Source of the DNA: an uncultured Gammaproteobacteria bacterium
GTDB taxonomy: Bacteria; Patescibacteriota; Microgenomatia; Levybacterales; GWA1-39-11
Length of the DNA: 64,000 nt
NCBI GenBank assembly: GCA_964537315.1
Contig: CAZIAP010000003.1
Span: forward strand, 463-64,462
Direction of reading: 5' to 3'
The notes under the pieces are model-generated. The model made no database searches. It was not told the origin of the DNA and saw only the letters and a program-made list of their open reading frames with translations. The position numbers were made by a program, and so were the translations under genes. Below, in pieces: positions 37,375 through 52,300 of this stretch; position 1 is the stretch's first letter; the number at the start of each line of letters is the position of its first letter.

Positions 37375-40300
37375 TTAGTTGACTATTAGGAAGTTAAATC
37401 TAATATCTTGGTTTACAACATTTTCTATTTCAACTGTAAAGTGCTGTCCTGCTACTTGATTCTTGAGATATACTTGCTGGCCACCTGTTGATCCTACAGG
37501 TGTAATAAAGATTAATGAGTCTTCGGTTACATTATCGTTATTTACCCGTACCTGTGTTTGATAAGCTTTGAGTGTGACAAGTCCTGCTGATCCTGAGGCA
37601 TTCACAGTCGTATTATTAACTACTTCTGGTGCTGTGGCTTCAACTCCAATTCTTTCAAAGTTAGCTGACCCTGATACGTTCAGTACATCATTTACACCTT
37701 TGATTACACTGGTTACGAGTTCTCCTTCAACAGAGACATTTTTTTCAAAGGCGACATTTTCAGTGAATCTAACAGTACCGTCAGTGTTGAAAGTAACAGC
37801 CCCAGCCATAATTGAGACAGGTTGTTGCTTGAGAGGTTGAATCTCAAGCGTATCTGACAGAGTATTGATAGAGTTTGAGTTAATGACAAGTTCACCTGCA
37901 CCGATAGCAAGGGTTTCTGTAATGGCCGCTTCTCGAAGGGTAGTGGTACCCAGAACTGTTAAGTCTGCATTAATGGTTGCAAAATCAAAGTCTGCAAAAT
38001 CAGCCTCAATACCTGCACCTAGGTCAAAGAAAGCACTACTTGAGGCAGTCAGACCAGAGATATTCTCAACGATAAGGTTTTTAACTGTCAAGGTTTCTAT
38101 ACTTCCTTCATCAGCAATAATCTCAGGAGTGGTTACCGAACCTGCAAACTTTGCATTACCTGACAAGTCTACCGAGAAGAGAGCTCCTTGAGTTGATGTT
38201 TTATCCATGATTGAGAGCTTAGAATCACCAGTAATTACCTTAAAGTCAGACATGGCAATTTCATCAGTCGTAATTTTACCTGCAGCAAGCGTATTGTTGA
38301 TAGTTAGACTATCGCTAGACAAGAATGAAGCATTAATATTTTCAAATAGTCCTGATGTGGCTACCAGGTTTGTAGCAAAGATATCTTCACTCTCTATCTT
38401 GCCTGATTTGATATTTGCAGCAAATAGATCAGCATATGCTTTGCTGTCTTGCGCTATATCTCCGTTGTCGTTTATGACTAGCCAGTCATTTCCATTCTGA
38501 GCAATCTGAAGTTCGCCATTTGCGGCAAACTGAATATTAGGATCATGCCAACCAGGGTTCAAATAAACTTTAATTGTTCCGCAAACAGCATCAGTAGATT
38601 CACTTGCTGGACAGACGTGAGTATTTCCAATGCCGGTTGATGGATTAAAGTCAGATAATGCACGACCTACTATTTCACCTGCATTTATTGCTTTGGCCCC
38701 ATATCCTCGTATTTGTGATGCAGTAATTGGATCCCCAGCTTTAATTGGTCCATTTATATTACTTACTTTTACCGGTAATTGTCCGGTAAGACCAACTAGT
38801 ACGTTGGTTAGTTCATAATTCGAGTCACAATTGAGGTCCTCTGAATCGCAGACAGGTCCATTTCCAACGAACCCAGGAGTATCAGATACAATACCTACAA
38901 TTGCGTTTGAACCATTTGCGCTTCTAACTGTATTGCTTTTGGTTGAGTCAACCATGACAATTTCACCAACTGTTGGTTTTGGTTCAAGTTGGTTAAATAG
39001 GAAGTACTCTGCATAATCTCCACCTGAAGTCGAGTAAACAACCGCGTTAGTTGCTCCTTGAATTTTTCCGGTTATGGTTGTTCCACCTGAGCTTCCTCCG
39101 AATGAGATTAAGTAATTATTAGCTCCCCATCCAGCAGTGCCTCTTCCATTAGAAACGAGTATTCCTCTACTAGTGGTGCCTGTGTTTGTATTATGAAATT
39201 GCGCAACATATTGAGTGGTTGTAGAAAATGATGCCTCAACGTGCAGCTGTCTTCCTGTCGGTAGAATAGAAGCTCCTATTGCGACAGGTTCAAGAAGGAA
39301 AATGCTGCTTGAATTTACTGTCATTCTCGTCGCTCCTGCTGCAGAAAAGACCATGCCGTTTCCGGAAGATCGAGAAATTCCGGTGTTTGATCCAGATGAA
39401 AAGCTGAGACCTGGTAGAGAAGATGTTCCATCTGCAGCGAATATTCGCCTATTTGAATCAATTACTGTGGTTCCTCCAGATTGGAGGCTGCCTGATACAA
39501 TGTTGAATGAATCGCCTGACGCAAGCGCCAGTGTATTTACGCCTGATCTGTAAAGTTCAACATCGGTGCCAAATCCTATACCGCCTGCGGCAGTTGTGTG
39601 ACTAGCAAGCTCAAGTATATGCCCAGGTGCTGTTGTGCCGATTCCAAGGTTGCCAACTCCGGTAAGTCTCATATTCTCTACAGCACCACCGGACTCAAAA
39701 ATAAGATCGTTTGCTGAGTTACTGCCAAATCCTGCACGAGTTCCTTTACTATCAGGTTCAAAAAATCCTATCATAAAATCACGATTTATACGCATATCGC
39801 CTTCGACGTGTAGTTTATACTGCGGAACATTGGTTCCAATTCCGATATTCCCTCCACTATTAATAAAGAGTGAATTCGTTGAGGCTCCTTCTTCAATACT
39901 GAATGGACCAGTAGCGTTGCTGATATCCCAAAAGCCGATAGTTCCGTTTGTATTGGTAAAGAGCGACCATTGATTTGTGCTACTTCCGTCTTCTAACCAT
40001 AGCTCAGTATTTCCTGATCCAGATTTCAGGTGTAGTTTTCCTCCAGGGGAAGTTGTGCCAATACCAACGTTACCTGATGTGGGGTTGAGAATAAGGTTAG
40101 CAGCTGCGTTGATGGTTAAGTCACCTGATGAGTTACCAATTGTTGAGTTTGTTCCACCAACCGAAAGTCTAGCAGTAGGGTTGGTTGTGCCGATACCAAG
40201 ATTACCGCTTGTTGTGAGAGATAGTAATGGGTTAAGAGATCCAGCATGTCCATTGAGGCCGATAAAGAAGTTATCGTTTGCTGTGTTGATTCCCAGTGCA

Positions 40301-43300
40301 TAATCAAGGTTTGTGCTACATCCATCGCCGGAAGTACATTGTACGTGTAATGAGTCAGGACCAAGATATAGATTCCTCCATCGGGCAGATCCCGAAGCAC
40401 CCAAATCGTAGGTATCGTCTGCTCCAGGCAGGAAGTGACCACCAACATTAAAGAATGCTCTTTGAACCCCTGCAGTAGCAAAATTTAAAGTATCTGACCC
40501 GTCTCCATAGATACCGGTATTAGTGTCAGATGAGAATGAAAATGCCGGTGTTGCGGCGCTACCATTTGCGGCAGTAAATAATCTGTCTGATGTTATAGTG
40601 TTGACTCCACCCATTTGAAGAGAACCGGAGACAATATTTAATGAATCACCTGATGCAAGCGCCAGTGTATTAGAGCCTGATCTATACAGTTCAACATCAG
40701 TACCAAATGCTATACCGCCTGCAGCAGTTGTGTGATCAGCCAATTCAAGTCTGTGGGTAGCAGCAGTTGTACCGATTCCAATATTTCCAGTAGATCCGTT
40801 AACAAAGAAATTGCCTGACCCAAAGTTAATATTATTGCTCCCCATTGATACATTCCAGTCAGCATCTAATGTCATGGTATCTGCAAGTTCTGAAAAATCC
40901 AGACAGTCTGTACAGCTGAAATCGCTTGCAGTTAGTGTGCCTCCTGTCAACTCAAGTCCTGCTTGAGTGCCAATTGTAAGTTTTCCATCACTATCAACGG
41001 TAAATGACGCGTATTTACTTGCATCTGTGTGAGTTAGTCGAAGCTGTTCTGATGTTGATAATATTTCAGTCTTTGCATCAGGAGTGGTCGTACCCATACC
41101 GATATTACCTGCTGAGTTAATAAGTAGCCTTACGCTGCCATTACCGAACGGATCAGCGTCATCAGAAGCAGATGTGTAGAAGAAGAGATCAGTTGGTACG
41201 TTATTTGAAGATACGGCACCGTTTACCAAAGCACCAAAGCCTGCATTATGTCTATACACTCCACCTTCGTAGTTCTTAAAGAAGAATATTCCGTTATAGT
41301 CGCCGTTTTGGACACTTGCAGGAGAGGTAAGTGTACCTCTGCTTTTTCTGAAATTGAATTGAGCAGCATGAGCAGCATTGCTGTGCTGGTCTAAACTGAT
41401 ACCTCTATTCCCGGAAGTACCGTCTGTAGTGACATGCAGCTGAGCGACAGGAGCTGTTGTGCCAATACCTACTTGACCGAGTGAGGTATCTACGTATAGT
41501 TGGTTAGTGTTGATAGCAAAATCTCCGGCACCTGATAAGTTAATATTTAGGTTATTGCCTGCGTTTGGAGTAATTGAAAGAGCTCCGGACGAAGTAAGCG
41601 CATTGCCTGAAAGATTAAGTGTTCCTGCAATATCATTTGACGTACCATTAAAGTCAATATTTCCTCCTACAGTTAATGTACTATCAAAACTTACTGATCC
41701 GTTTACACCAAGAGTAGAGCCAAGTGTTGTTGCACCTGTTATATTTGTTGTTCCAGCGACCGAAAGTTTGTGTGATGGGTTAGTAATTCCAATACCAAGA
41801 TTTCCTGTTCCAAGGTTAAAGAAGGCATCTTGATTAGTAACGCCCGGTAGTTTGATAGTTGCACTTGATGTAGCTGTGCTCCCTATAAGTACATCAAGTG
41901 TAGTATTAGTCAAGTGCAGTGCGCCATTTGACTGATCCCACCAATTCGTAAATGTTCCTTCACCGCCGCAGTCTCCCCAGGTGTATGTGCCATCACCATT
42001 TGATCGAAGACACTCATCAACACCGCCTGTTGTAGCAAGCTGAGTAAGTACTCCGGAGCCATCAGTGTAGAGTAGACCCCCATTGGTAGTAAAGTCAGGA
42101 AGAGTAATAGATGAGCCATGGATTGTGATGGCATCTGCACCATCACCTAAATTGAGTGCACCATTTGCAGTCAACGTACCATTAAAGGTTGAAGTACCAC
42201 TAGTAGTAAGATTTCCCCCATCTGCAATTACAAATACATCATCTACATCAAACCCACCATTTGCATTGATGTTGGCTGCAAATGTAGAAATTCCGTCTAC
42301 TTGAAGGGTAGACCCTAGTGTAGCTGCACCTGAGATGTTGGTTGCGCCGTTAACATTGAGTTTATATGATCCTGGAGAAGTTGTGCCGATTCCAAAGTTG
42401 CCAGCAGCGTCAACAACCGACAACGCATTGCCTGAAGCATCTTGCCACTCTTGTAAGTTGTGAGTTTGAGATGTGTGACCTTGTAAGGCAAGAATTAATG
42501 AGCTGTTTTGATCATTTCGTACTCTGAGGGATGCATCTGAAGCTCCACTTCCGGAAACAAATGTAGGGCTATTTGTGTTGCCTCTTGCTCCGATAATTTC
42601 AATTCCATGGTAACCGTAGATTTGTGTACTTCCTCCGTATAGGCTTTGGAATCCATTGTAAGGATCCCCGAACTGTACTCTAACTGCTTCACCGGATGAC
42701 AAGTTGTAAAATCCTATTGCACGTGGCGCACTAGTTGTGCTTCCATCCGTATTAATTCCCATGTCACCTGCCACGGTAAGCGTACTTCCAATTGTTGTTA
42801 ATCCTGTTATATTTGTTGTTCCATCTACTGAAAGTTTGTGAGACGGATTGGTAATTCCGATACCTACGTTGCCAGCAAAATAACCGCTACCATCGTAGCC
42901 TACATTAAAGACCTCAGTTCCGTCACTTTGTACGCCGCTGAATAAGTCTGCACCTGCACCCCCACCTTTTGCGCGAAGTACAGCTTCAAATGCAGCCGAA
43001 GCACCTGCGTCGGTGGTAAATTCATGCGCACCAAATGCACCCCCTCCAAGGCCTCCCCGCACACTATATCCAAGTCTTTTATTCGCTATATCATATTTTA
43101 TTAAACTGCCTGAGTTATCTCCTATATTTAAATCTCCAATTTGGATTCCGGTGGTACCAGGCCCAGTATTAGAAATTACAAGTGACTTTTTATTTGTAAC
43201 GTTACCTTGGTCTATAGTTACACTTCCTGCTACGTGGAGCTTGTTGCTTGGAGCAGTTGTCCCAATTCCTACATTTCCTGTTCCACTTATATTGAAATCA

Positions 43301-46300
43301 AACCCACCATTTGCAATAGTAGTGTTTTCGGTTAAGGTACCACCGAGTCCAATGGTATTAGTTGATCTAGTTAGTCCGTTATTGAAGGTAAGAGGAACTT
43401 CGTAATCTGTTCCAGCTTCAAGAGGTAATTGATAGTCAGTACCGGCAACAGCGTTTGAAAGAACACCGCTTGCATCAGACATCACCAATCCAGAACCAAG
43501 TCCTGAGACAGTAAGTCCAGCAAAGGTTGGAGTAGAAGCTGTAGTTAAGTGTTGTCCAGTGTTGAATGCAAGTTGAGCATCACCAATAGAGTCTGCGTTG
43601 ATAGCAAGGGTAATTCCAGCATTTTCGCTTCCAGAACCAGTTACACTGATTTGGGTGTTACCTGTAATGGTAGCCACATAGTTACCTGTGGTGTGTTGTC
43701 CAAGAGCGATCAGATCGTTTAGAGTAGTAGCTCCGGTACCACCATTAGCTATAGGCAAGATTCCGCTCACATCAGCTGCAAGGTCAATTGCAGTTAATGT
43801 GATCTCCTGATCGGAGAGGGTTAGATAATCATAACTCCCTGCTAAAGTAACTGGATTATGAGAAGCTACTGTGATAGCTGTATCAAGATCTGCTAATACT
43901 CCTTGGACAGTTGTTGCGGAGCTGTTAGTAAATTCGTCAAACACACCCACCAATGATGCACCGCTGGTTATATTTGATACCCCCACATCTTCAAGGCCAA
44001 TTGTACCTAATGTTAGAGATCCGAATGTCACACCAGAAGCTGTAGTTAAGTGTTGTCCGGTATTATATTCAAGTTGAGCATCACCAATAGAGTTTGCGTT
44101 GATTGCAAGCGTGATTCCTGCGTTTTCACTTCCTGAGCCTGATACACTGATTTGAGTATTACCTGTAATGGTAGCCACATAGTTACCTGTGGTGTGTTGT
44201 CCAAGGGTAATTAGATCATTAAGCGTGTTGGCTCCGGTACCGCCATTGGCAACAGGAAGAATTCCTGTGACTTCAGATGTAAGGTCAATATCTGTTCCTA
44301 AGGTTGTAGAAAGAGATGATCCTGAAAGGGTAAGTCCCGTACCTGTGAAGTCAGTTATTGTATCTCCTCCTACATTGATTCCATTGCTAAATGTTGCAAG
44401 ACCAGTAACGCCAAGTGTTGATCCAAGTGATGTTGCACCAGTTGCATTAACTGTTCCAACTACTGATAAATTATGTGCAGGGTTGGTAATACCAATTCCT
44501 ACATTTCCGTCATTTTGTATTACAAAACGAGTAGTGCCTGATGCGCTTGCGGTGAGAATGGCTTGATCTCCTGTTTCATTAAATATCGCCAGTGCTTTAC
44601 CTGGAACATAGCCATTCACGTTAAACGCACCAAGATTTGTCATCGGAGCGGCTTGATTTACTCCAAGAGAAAAATGTCCCATGTCTCCGACTATTAAACG
44701 ATTGGTTGACGAGCTATTTCTGACAAAGAAGCCAGTTGTGCCTGATGCTCCTCCTAAATGGTTTATGATACTAGTATTTGCATTTAATATTAGTCCGGAA
44801 AGCGTCATTTCCATGTGTCCTGAAGATACTCCGTCATGAAAGTCTATTCTATCTGTAAGATATAGGGAATTCCATCGTCCTCCTGTACTGCCTAAATCAT
44901 ATACAGCGTCAGTTGCAGGACCAATATCTCCTTCTACTTGCAATCTAAATGCAGTTGGAGTAGAAATTCCGATACCCACATTGCCAGTACCAGAGAAGGT
45001 AAAGTTGTTACCGTCGAGATCAAGGTCTGTACTGCTTGTGAGTGTACCACCGAGTCCGATTGAGTTAGTTGATCGAGTTAGTCCATTACCGAAAGTAAGA
45101 GGAACTTCGTAATCTGTTCCAGCCTCAAGTGGTAACTGGTAGTCAGTACCGGCAACAGCATTAGAAAGAACTCCATTTGCATCAGACTTAACAAGACCTG
45201 TGGAGAGACCTGATACAGTAAGTCCAGCAAAGGTTGGAGTAGAAGCTGTAGTTAAGTGTTGTCCAGTGTTGAATGCAAGTTGAGCATCACCAATAGAGTC
45301 TGCGTTGATAGCAAGGGTAATTCCAGCATTTTCGCTTCCAGAACCAGTTACACTGATTTGGGTGTTACCTGTAATGGTAGCCACATAATTACCAGTGGTA
45401 TGAGTACCAAGAGTAATCAGATCGTTTAGAGTAGTAGCTCCCGTACCGCCATTGGCAACAGGAAGAATTCCTGATACGTCAGTTGCAAGATCAATTGCGT
45501 TTAAAGTAATTTGTTGACCAGATAGCGTAAGGTAATCATAGCTACCTGCAAGCGTTACGGGGTCATGACTTGCACCTGAAATCGCTGAGTCTAAATCAGC
45601 TAGAGCTTGTTGAACAGTGGTAGCATCTGAATTGGTAAACTCATCATATACACCGATTAGTGACGCACCTGAGGTGATATTTGAAGCACCTGCATCTTCT
45701 AATCCAACACTACCAAGAGTAAGTGATCCGAAAGTTACGTCTGAGGAGGTTGCAATACTCTGAGGAAGAGAAAGAGTAATATTACCGGTTGCGCCAGAAA
45801 CAGAGACCTGGTTTGCAGTGCCTGCAAGAGAGAGTACTCCTGAGTTAGCAATAGTAGTACCTGTGATAGTAATACCTGCACCTTCTGCAAGGGTAATGTT
45901 GCCTGTTGCACCTTGGAAGGAGAGAACACCTGTGTTTGTAATCGTGTTTCCTGTTCGGTTTAATCCGGTTGAGAAAGTAAGCGGCACTTCATAGTCTGTA
46001 CCAGCCTCAAGTGGTAACTGGTAGTCAGTACCAGCAACAGCAACTGCCAGTTCACCTGTAGGAGAGATAGCTTTCACTAGTCCTCCAGCGTTTAGACCAG
46101 AGAGAGTCATACCTGAAAAAGTAGGAGTAGATGTAGTTGCAATACTTTGTGGTAGAGACAGGGTAATATCTCCACCTATAACTCTACCAGTACCACCAGT
46201 AACCGATATCTGATCAGCAGTACCGATTACATCTGAGAGCGATGTGACGCCTGTTCCACCGCTTGCAACAGGTAGAGTTCCTTCAACTTCAGATTCCAGG

Positions 46301-49300
46301 TCAACCGTTGTACCAAGAGTGGTAGAAATAACTCCACCTGTGATTTTTAGACCATTACCCACAAAGTCAGTAATGGTATCACCGTTAATGGAGAGAGTGG
46401 TTAAGGTAAGACCACTAAATGTTGGAGATGATACTGTAGTTAAGTGTTGACCTGTATCAAAAGTAAGTTGATCATTACCTATTGAGTTGGCAGCGATTGA
46501 TAATGTAACCAATGCATTTTCAGTACCGGAGTTTCCAACAGTAATTTGATCATTTCCAGTGATAGTTGCGACATAGTTACCTGTAGTGTGAGTTGCGAGT
46601 TGGATTAGATCATTTAGAGTATTTGCACCAGTTCCACCATTAGCAACAGGCAGAATACCCGTAACATCAGTAGTTAGGTCGATTGCATTCAATGTGATCT
46701 GTTGATCAGATAATGTTAGGTAGTCATAGCTTCCTGCCAAGGTGACTGGACTGTGTTCTGCTCCAGTGATCGCAGCATCAAAGTCAGCAAGCACATCTTG
46801 GACGTTAGTAGAGGATGAATGAGTGAACTCATCATATACACCAATGAGTGAAGCTCCGCTTGTGATATTTGAAGTACCAATATCTTCTAATCCAATACTA
46901 CCAAGAGTAAGTGATCCAAATGTTACATCTGCAGCTGAATCAATATTCTGAGGTAGAGAAAGAGTGATGCTGCCAGTTGCACCAGAGACAGACACTTGGT
47001 TTGCAGTTCCTGCAAGGGATAGTACTCCTGAGTTGGCAATGGTGGTACCGGTAATAGTGATTCCTGCACCTTCTGCAAGCGTAACGTTACCTGTTGCACC
47101 TTGGAAGGAGAGAACACCTGTGTTTGTAATCGTGTTTCCTGTTCGGTTTAATCCGGTTGAGAAGGTAAGCGGGACTTCGTAATCGGTTCCAGCAACAGCG
47201 TTTGAGAGAACACCATTTGCATCAGACTTAACAAGACCTGTAGACAGACCTGAAATAGTTAGTCCTGCAAAAGTAGGGGAAGAGATAGTGGTTAAGTGTT
47301 GACCCGTATCGAAGGCAAGCTGGTCGTTACCAATAGAGTTTGCATTGATTGCAAGAGTGATTCCTGCGTTTTCACTACCTGAACCAGTCACACTGATCTG
47401 AGTATTACCTGTAATGGTAGCCACATAGTTACCTGTAGTGTGAGTTGCGAGTTGGATTAGATCATTTAGAGTATTTGCACCAGTTCCACCATTAGCAACA
47501 GGCAGAATACCCGTAACATCAGTAGTTAGGTCGATTGCATTCAATGTGATCTGTTGATCAGATAATGTTAGGTAGTCATAGCTTCCTGCCAAGGTGACTG
47601 GACTGTGTTCTGCTCCAGTGATCGCAGCATCAAAGTCAGCAAGCACGCTTTGGATTGTGGTTGCATTAGAATGGGTAAATTCGTCAAATATACCTACTAA
47701 TGATGCACCGCTGGTGATGTTTGACACACCTACGTCTTCAAGGCCGATACTTCCAATAGACAACGAGGAAACAGATAGGTTAGCAAAGGTGACATCTGAC
47801 GTTGTAGTCAAATGTTGACCTGTATCAAAGGCAAGCTGGTCGTTACCAATAGAGTTTGCATTGATTGCAAGCGTGATTCCTGCGTTTTCACTTCCTGAGC
47901 CTGTCACACTGATCTGAGTATTACCTGTAATGGTTGCCACATAGTTACCTGTGGTGTGTTGTCCAAGGGTAATCAAGTTATCAAGAGTATTTGCTCCGGT
48001 ACCACCATTTGCAACAGGAAGGATCCCGGTTACTTCAGATGTAAGGTCAACATCTGTTCCCAGGGTTGTTGAAAGAACACCGATATTTAATTGTAATCCA
48101 GTTCCAACAAAGTCAGTAATAGAATCATCGTTTATTGTTATACCTGCGAATGTTGGAGTGGCTGCAGTATGAATATCTTGAGGCAGGGAAAGAGTAACAT
48201 TGCCAGTTGCACCAGATACATTTACCTGATTCACTGTGCCAGTGAGGGATGTTACGCCTGTATTACTGATAGTTGTGCCGGTAATATCGATTCCTGTTCC
48301 AGCAGTTAGCGTCACATCTCCGGTTTGACCTTGGAAAGAGAGAACGCCATCATTATTAATAGATATTGTTGAGCCAAGGGTAACTGTACCTCCGCCAGAT
48401 AGACCTGTTCCAGCAGATATGGTAACTGAGTCGTTAGCAAGCTCAAGATTATCGATTTGACCTGCTGGTAGTGAAATAGTTCCAGTTGTTATGGTAAGTC
48501 CGTCTGTGCCTCGAATTCCACCCGAAACGTCAAGTTTGAATCCATTTGTTGGAGTAGTTGTTCCGATTCCGACATTACCGTTATCAAAGATACTGGAGCT
48601 GCCAATTGCGCCAGTATCGGTAAACTTAGCAACAAAATTTGTTGTGCCAGCACCTGTAATTCCTCCACCTACACCTGCACAGTTGCCGCTGGTATCACAA
48701 ATTGTGCGGTCACCCCAGTAGAGGAATCCGCTTGGTGCGCCTGAAGCCTGAGAGGTATTCAAAATATTATTTGCATTACTGTCTGTGCCAAGTCTTATCC
48801 CACCCGCGACATCTAAAGCACTTACAGGATTTGAAGTGCCGATTCCTACGTTCCCTGCATTATTAAAGAGAATATCACCTGTTTCGTTCGTTCCGAAATT
48901 TAGGTTTTGCATAGCGGTTGTGGCAAGTGTGCCATCAGCAGTGAGATATGATGCCCCCGCAAGTCCAGCTGAGACACTAGCTGTTGGCGTACCACTGTTT
49001 GAGTTAATAAATGCAAAATTTGCTGACTCAGTTGATGACCCTCCAATGAAGAAATCAAGTGTGGTATTGATAGGATAAATTGCTCCATTTTTGAGACTCC
49101 AGAACTGAGTTGTAGCGGTTCCGATGTCAATCCATGAAAGACCACCTGATCCGTTTGACGATAAGACATATCCGCTTACACCGGCATCAGCGCCTGGCCA
49201 GGTATATGATACTCCACCAAATGTAGTAGTGCCATCAACAGTAAGATCTCCATTTGCCTGGATGTCTCCTGATGTATTGATGGTTACGCCTGTTGACCCA

Positions 49301-52300
49301 TATCCTCCGGCAAGGTTAATTGTAGCTGTTCCACCTAGATTTAGAGTGGTAACATCACTGTTCAAGAGATTAAATGTGGATGCAGTTGAAGTGAGATTTC
49401 CTCCATTAATAGCTGCGTTTCCTGAAAGAGTTAGACCGGTAAATTCAGGTGATGAAGTTGTTGCTATATCTTGGATGGTATTGATAACTCCAGATGCAGC
49501 AGAGAAATTGGTGCTATTGAATGCTGCTATACCTTTTGTTGTACCGTCTGCAGTAGCATCTGCAATAGTGATTGTTCCTCCTGCCTCACTTGCATTGGCC
49601 AAAGTAAGTACGCCTGTTGCACCATTAAGTGATAGTAGACCTGTGTTTGTTATAGTTGTTCCAGTAATATCTATACCATCACCTGGAGTTAGAGTGACAT
49701 CTCCTGTTAATGATTGGAACGATGTAACACCCGTATTGTTAAGTGTTATTGTTCCGCCAAGTGCTACTGTTCCTCCACCTGATAGACCTGTTCCAGCTGT
49801 CACAGTGATGGAATCATTTTCAAGTTCAGAATTTCCGATTGTTTGTCCGAGTAGAGATACTTCACCAGAGCGGTCAGGGAAGGTAATGGTACGGGTAGCA
49901 GTAGGATCAGTAATGGCAAAGACAGTTTGGAATCCATTCGCAGTAGTACCTTCAAATACAAGTGGAGAGGCACTTGCAAGGACTGTGCCAGTCAAATCCA
50001 TAGTGCCTGTAAAGACATAGTTACCATTTCCTGTATCTCCCGTATTAAGTAAATATATATCGTCAATCGATACTGCCCCTGCAGCTACAGAGAAGTACGC
50101 GTCATTAAATGAAGCAATACCTTTATTCGTAGTACTTGCGTCTTCACCAGCAATAGTGATAGAACCATCACCATTTGTGATGCTAATTCCTTCGCCTGGA
50201 GTGAGATTTGCAAGATCAAAATTTCCATTTGTACCATTACCAATGAGTAATTGACCTGCAGTAACAGTTGAGGCATTGAGTCCTGTACCGCCATGGGTAG
50301 CAGGAAGAATTCCTGTAACCTCAGATGCCAAATCTATATCTGTGCCTAAAGTGGTTGAGATAACACCACCTGAGATCTGTAATCCAGTACCTACAAAGTC
50401 TGTTATAGTATCTCCATTAACTGCTATACCGCTGCTAAATGTTGCAAGTCCAGAAACCGCAAGAGTGGAGCCAAGTGTGGCGTCACCCGTTATATTCGTT
50501 GTTCCTGCAACTTCCAGGAGGTAATTTGGAGTTGTTGTTCCAATACCAATATTACCGTTATCAAAGATAGATGAGTCACCCACTGATCCAGAGCTGCTGA
50601 ATTTAGCAATATAATTTTGAGTTCCTGATCCGGTTAAACCGCCGCCTGTGCCTGCGCAGTTACCAGTTGTATCACAGATTTGGCGGTTTCCCCAATAGAG
50701 GTACCCGCTTGGAGCAGTAGCTGTAGCAGTTGTATTTAATATATTGTCAGGGTCGTTATCGTCGCCTAAGCGGATTCCGCCCTGAACATCCAGTTTGCTG
50801 CCAGGTGCTGTTGTTCCTATTCCTAGATTGCCTCCGGTATTAAAGAATGAATCAGTATTTGCAGTTCCACCAAACCGAATAAGTGCTGAGTTTGTTGCAC
50901 TTCCGCCAATGAGCAGATCATCACTCACATTTATGGAAGATAGAGCGCCTTGTGCATATTGCCAGTAGTTAGTTCCAACAGCAGATGAATTTATCCAAGA
51001 TGGGGCGCCTGCGCCGCCTGAGATTAGTACTTGTCCTGCAATACCTGCAGCTGATGCACCGATCGGACTGGTTCCGGTACCATACAGTATTCCACCTGCA
51101 GTAAATGAGGTAGCGCCAGTTCCACCGCTTGCAACAGGTAGAGTTCCTTCAACTTCAGATTCCAGATCAACCGTTGTGCCAAGAGTGGTAGAGATAACTC
51201 CACCTGAGATTTGAAGACCTGTACCCACAAAGTCAGAGATAGTATCACCGTTAATGGAGAGGGTAGTTAGGGTAAGTCCACTAAAGGTTGGAGAAGACAC
51301 TGAAGTCAATGCCTGACCTGTATCAAACTCTAATTGATCATTACCAATAGAGTTTGCATTGATTGCAAGAGTGATAGCTGCGTTTTCACTACCTGAACCA
51401 GTCACACTGATCTGAGTATTACCTGTAATGGTAGCCACATAGTTACCTGTAGTGTGAGTTGCGAGTTGGATTAGATCATTTAGAGTATTTGCACCAGTTC
51501 CACCGCTTGCTATAGGTAGGATTCCTGTCACCTCGGTTGTAAGATCAATTGTTTGTCCGAGAAGAGATACTTCACCAGAGCGGTCAGGGAAGGTAATGGT
51601 ACGGGTAGCAGTAGGATCAGTAATGGTAAAAGCAGTTTGGAACCCATCTGCCGTAGTACCTTCAAATATGAGTGGAGATGCGCCAGTAAGAATTGTTCCT
51701 GTCAAATCCATAGTGCCTGTAAAGACATAGTTACCATTTCCTGTATCTCCCGTGTTAAGCAGGAAGACGTCATCAACACTCAATGTATCGTCAGTTAAAG
51801 TTAGGTTTGTACCTGCAGTAAGGTTTGTATCGTCAGAAATATCGACTTGGCCAAGTGTAATTACTTGGTTGTTCAGCGTGAGGTAATTATAGCTACCAGC
51901 AAGGGTAACAGGGTCATGAGTAACACTTGTAAGGGTAGCATCCAAGTCTGCAAGGACTTGTTGTACAGTTACTCCAGATGAATTAGAGAACTCATCATAC
52001 ACACCAACAAGAGACGCACCTGAGGTGATATTTGAAGTACCTACATCTTCAAGGCCAATCGTGCCTAATGTTAAAGATCCGAATGTTACGTTAGATGTTG
52101 TTGCAATATCTTGTGGTAGGGAAATAGTAATGTTTCCGGTTGCACCAGAGACACTCACCTGATTTGCAGTGCCTGCAAGAGAGAGTACTCCTGAGTTAGC
52201 AATAGTAGTACCTGTGATAGTAATACCTGCACCTTCTGCAAGGGTAATGTTGCCTGTTGCACCTTGGAAGGAGAGAACACCTGTGTTTGTAATCGTGTTT

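Noticed and set aside
49124-50020. 298-aa plus-strand ORF and many other 60-170-aa ORFs antisense or alternate-frame within 28431-58239
   Set aside because: They are embedded in the two giant minus-strand ORFs. They are low-complexity P/V/T-rich translations of repeat DNA with no start or SD context, so they are antisense artefacts.
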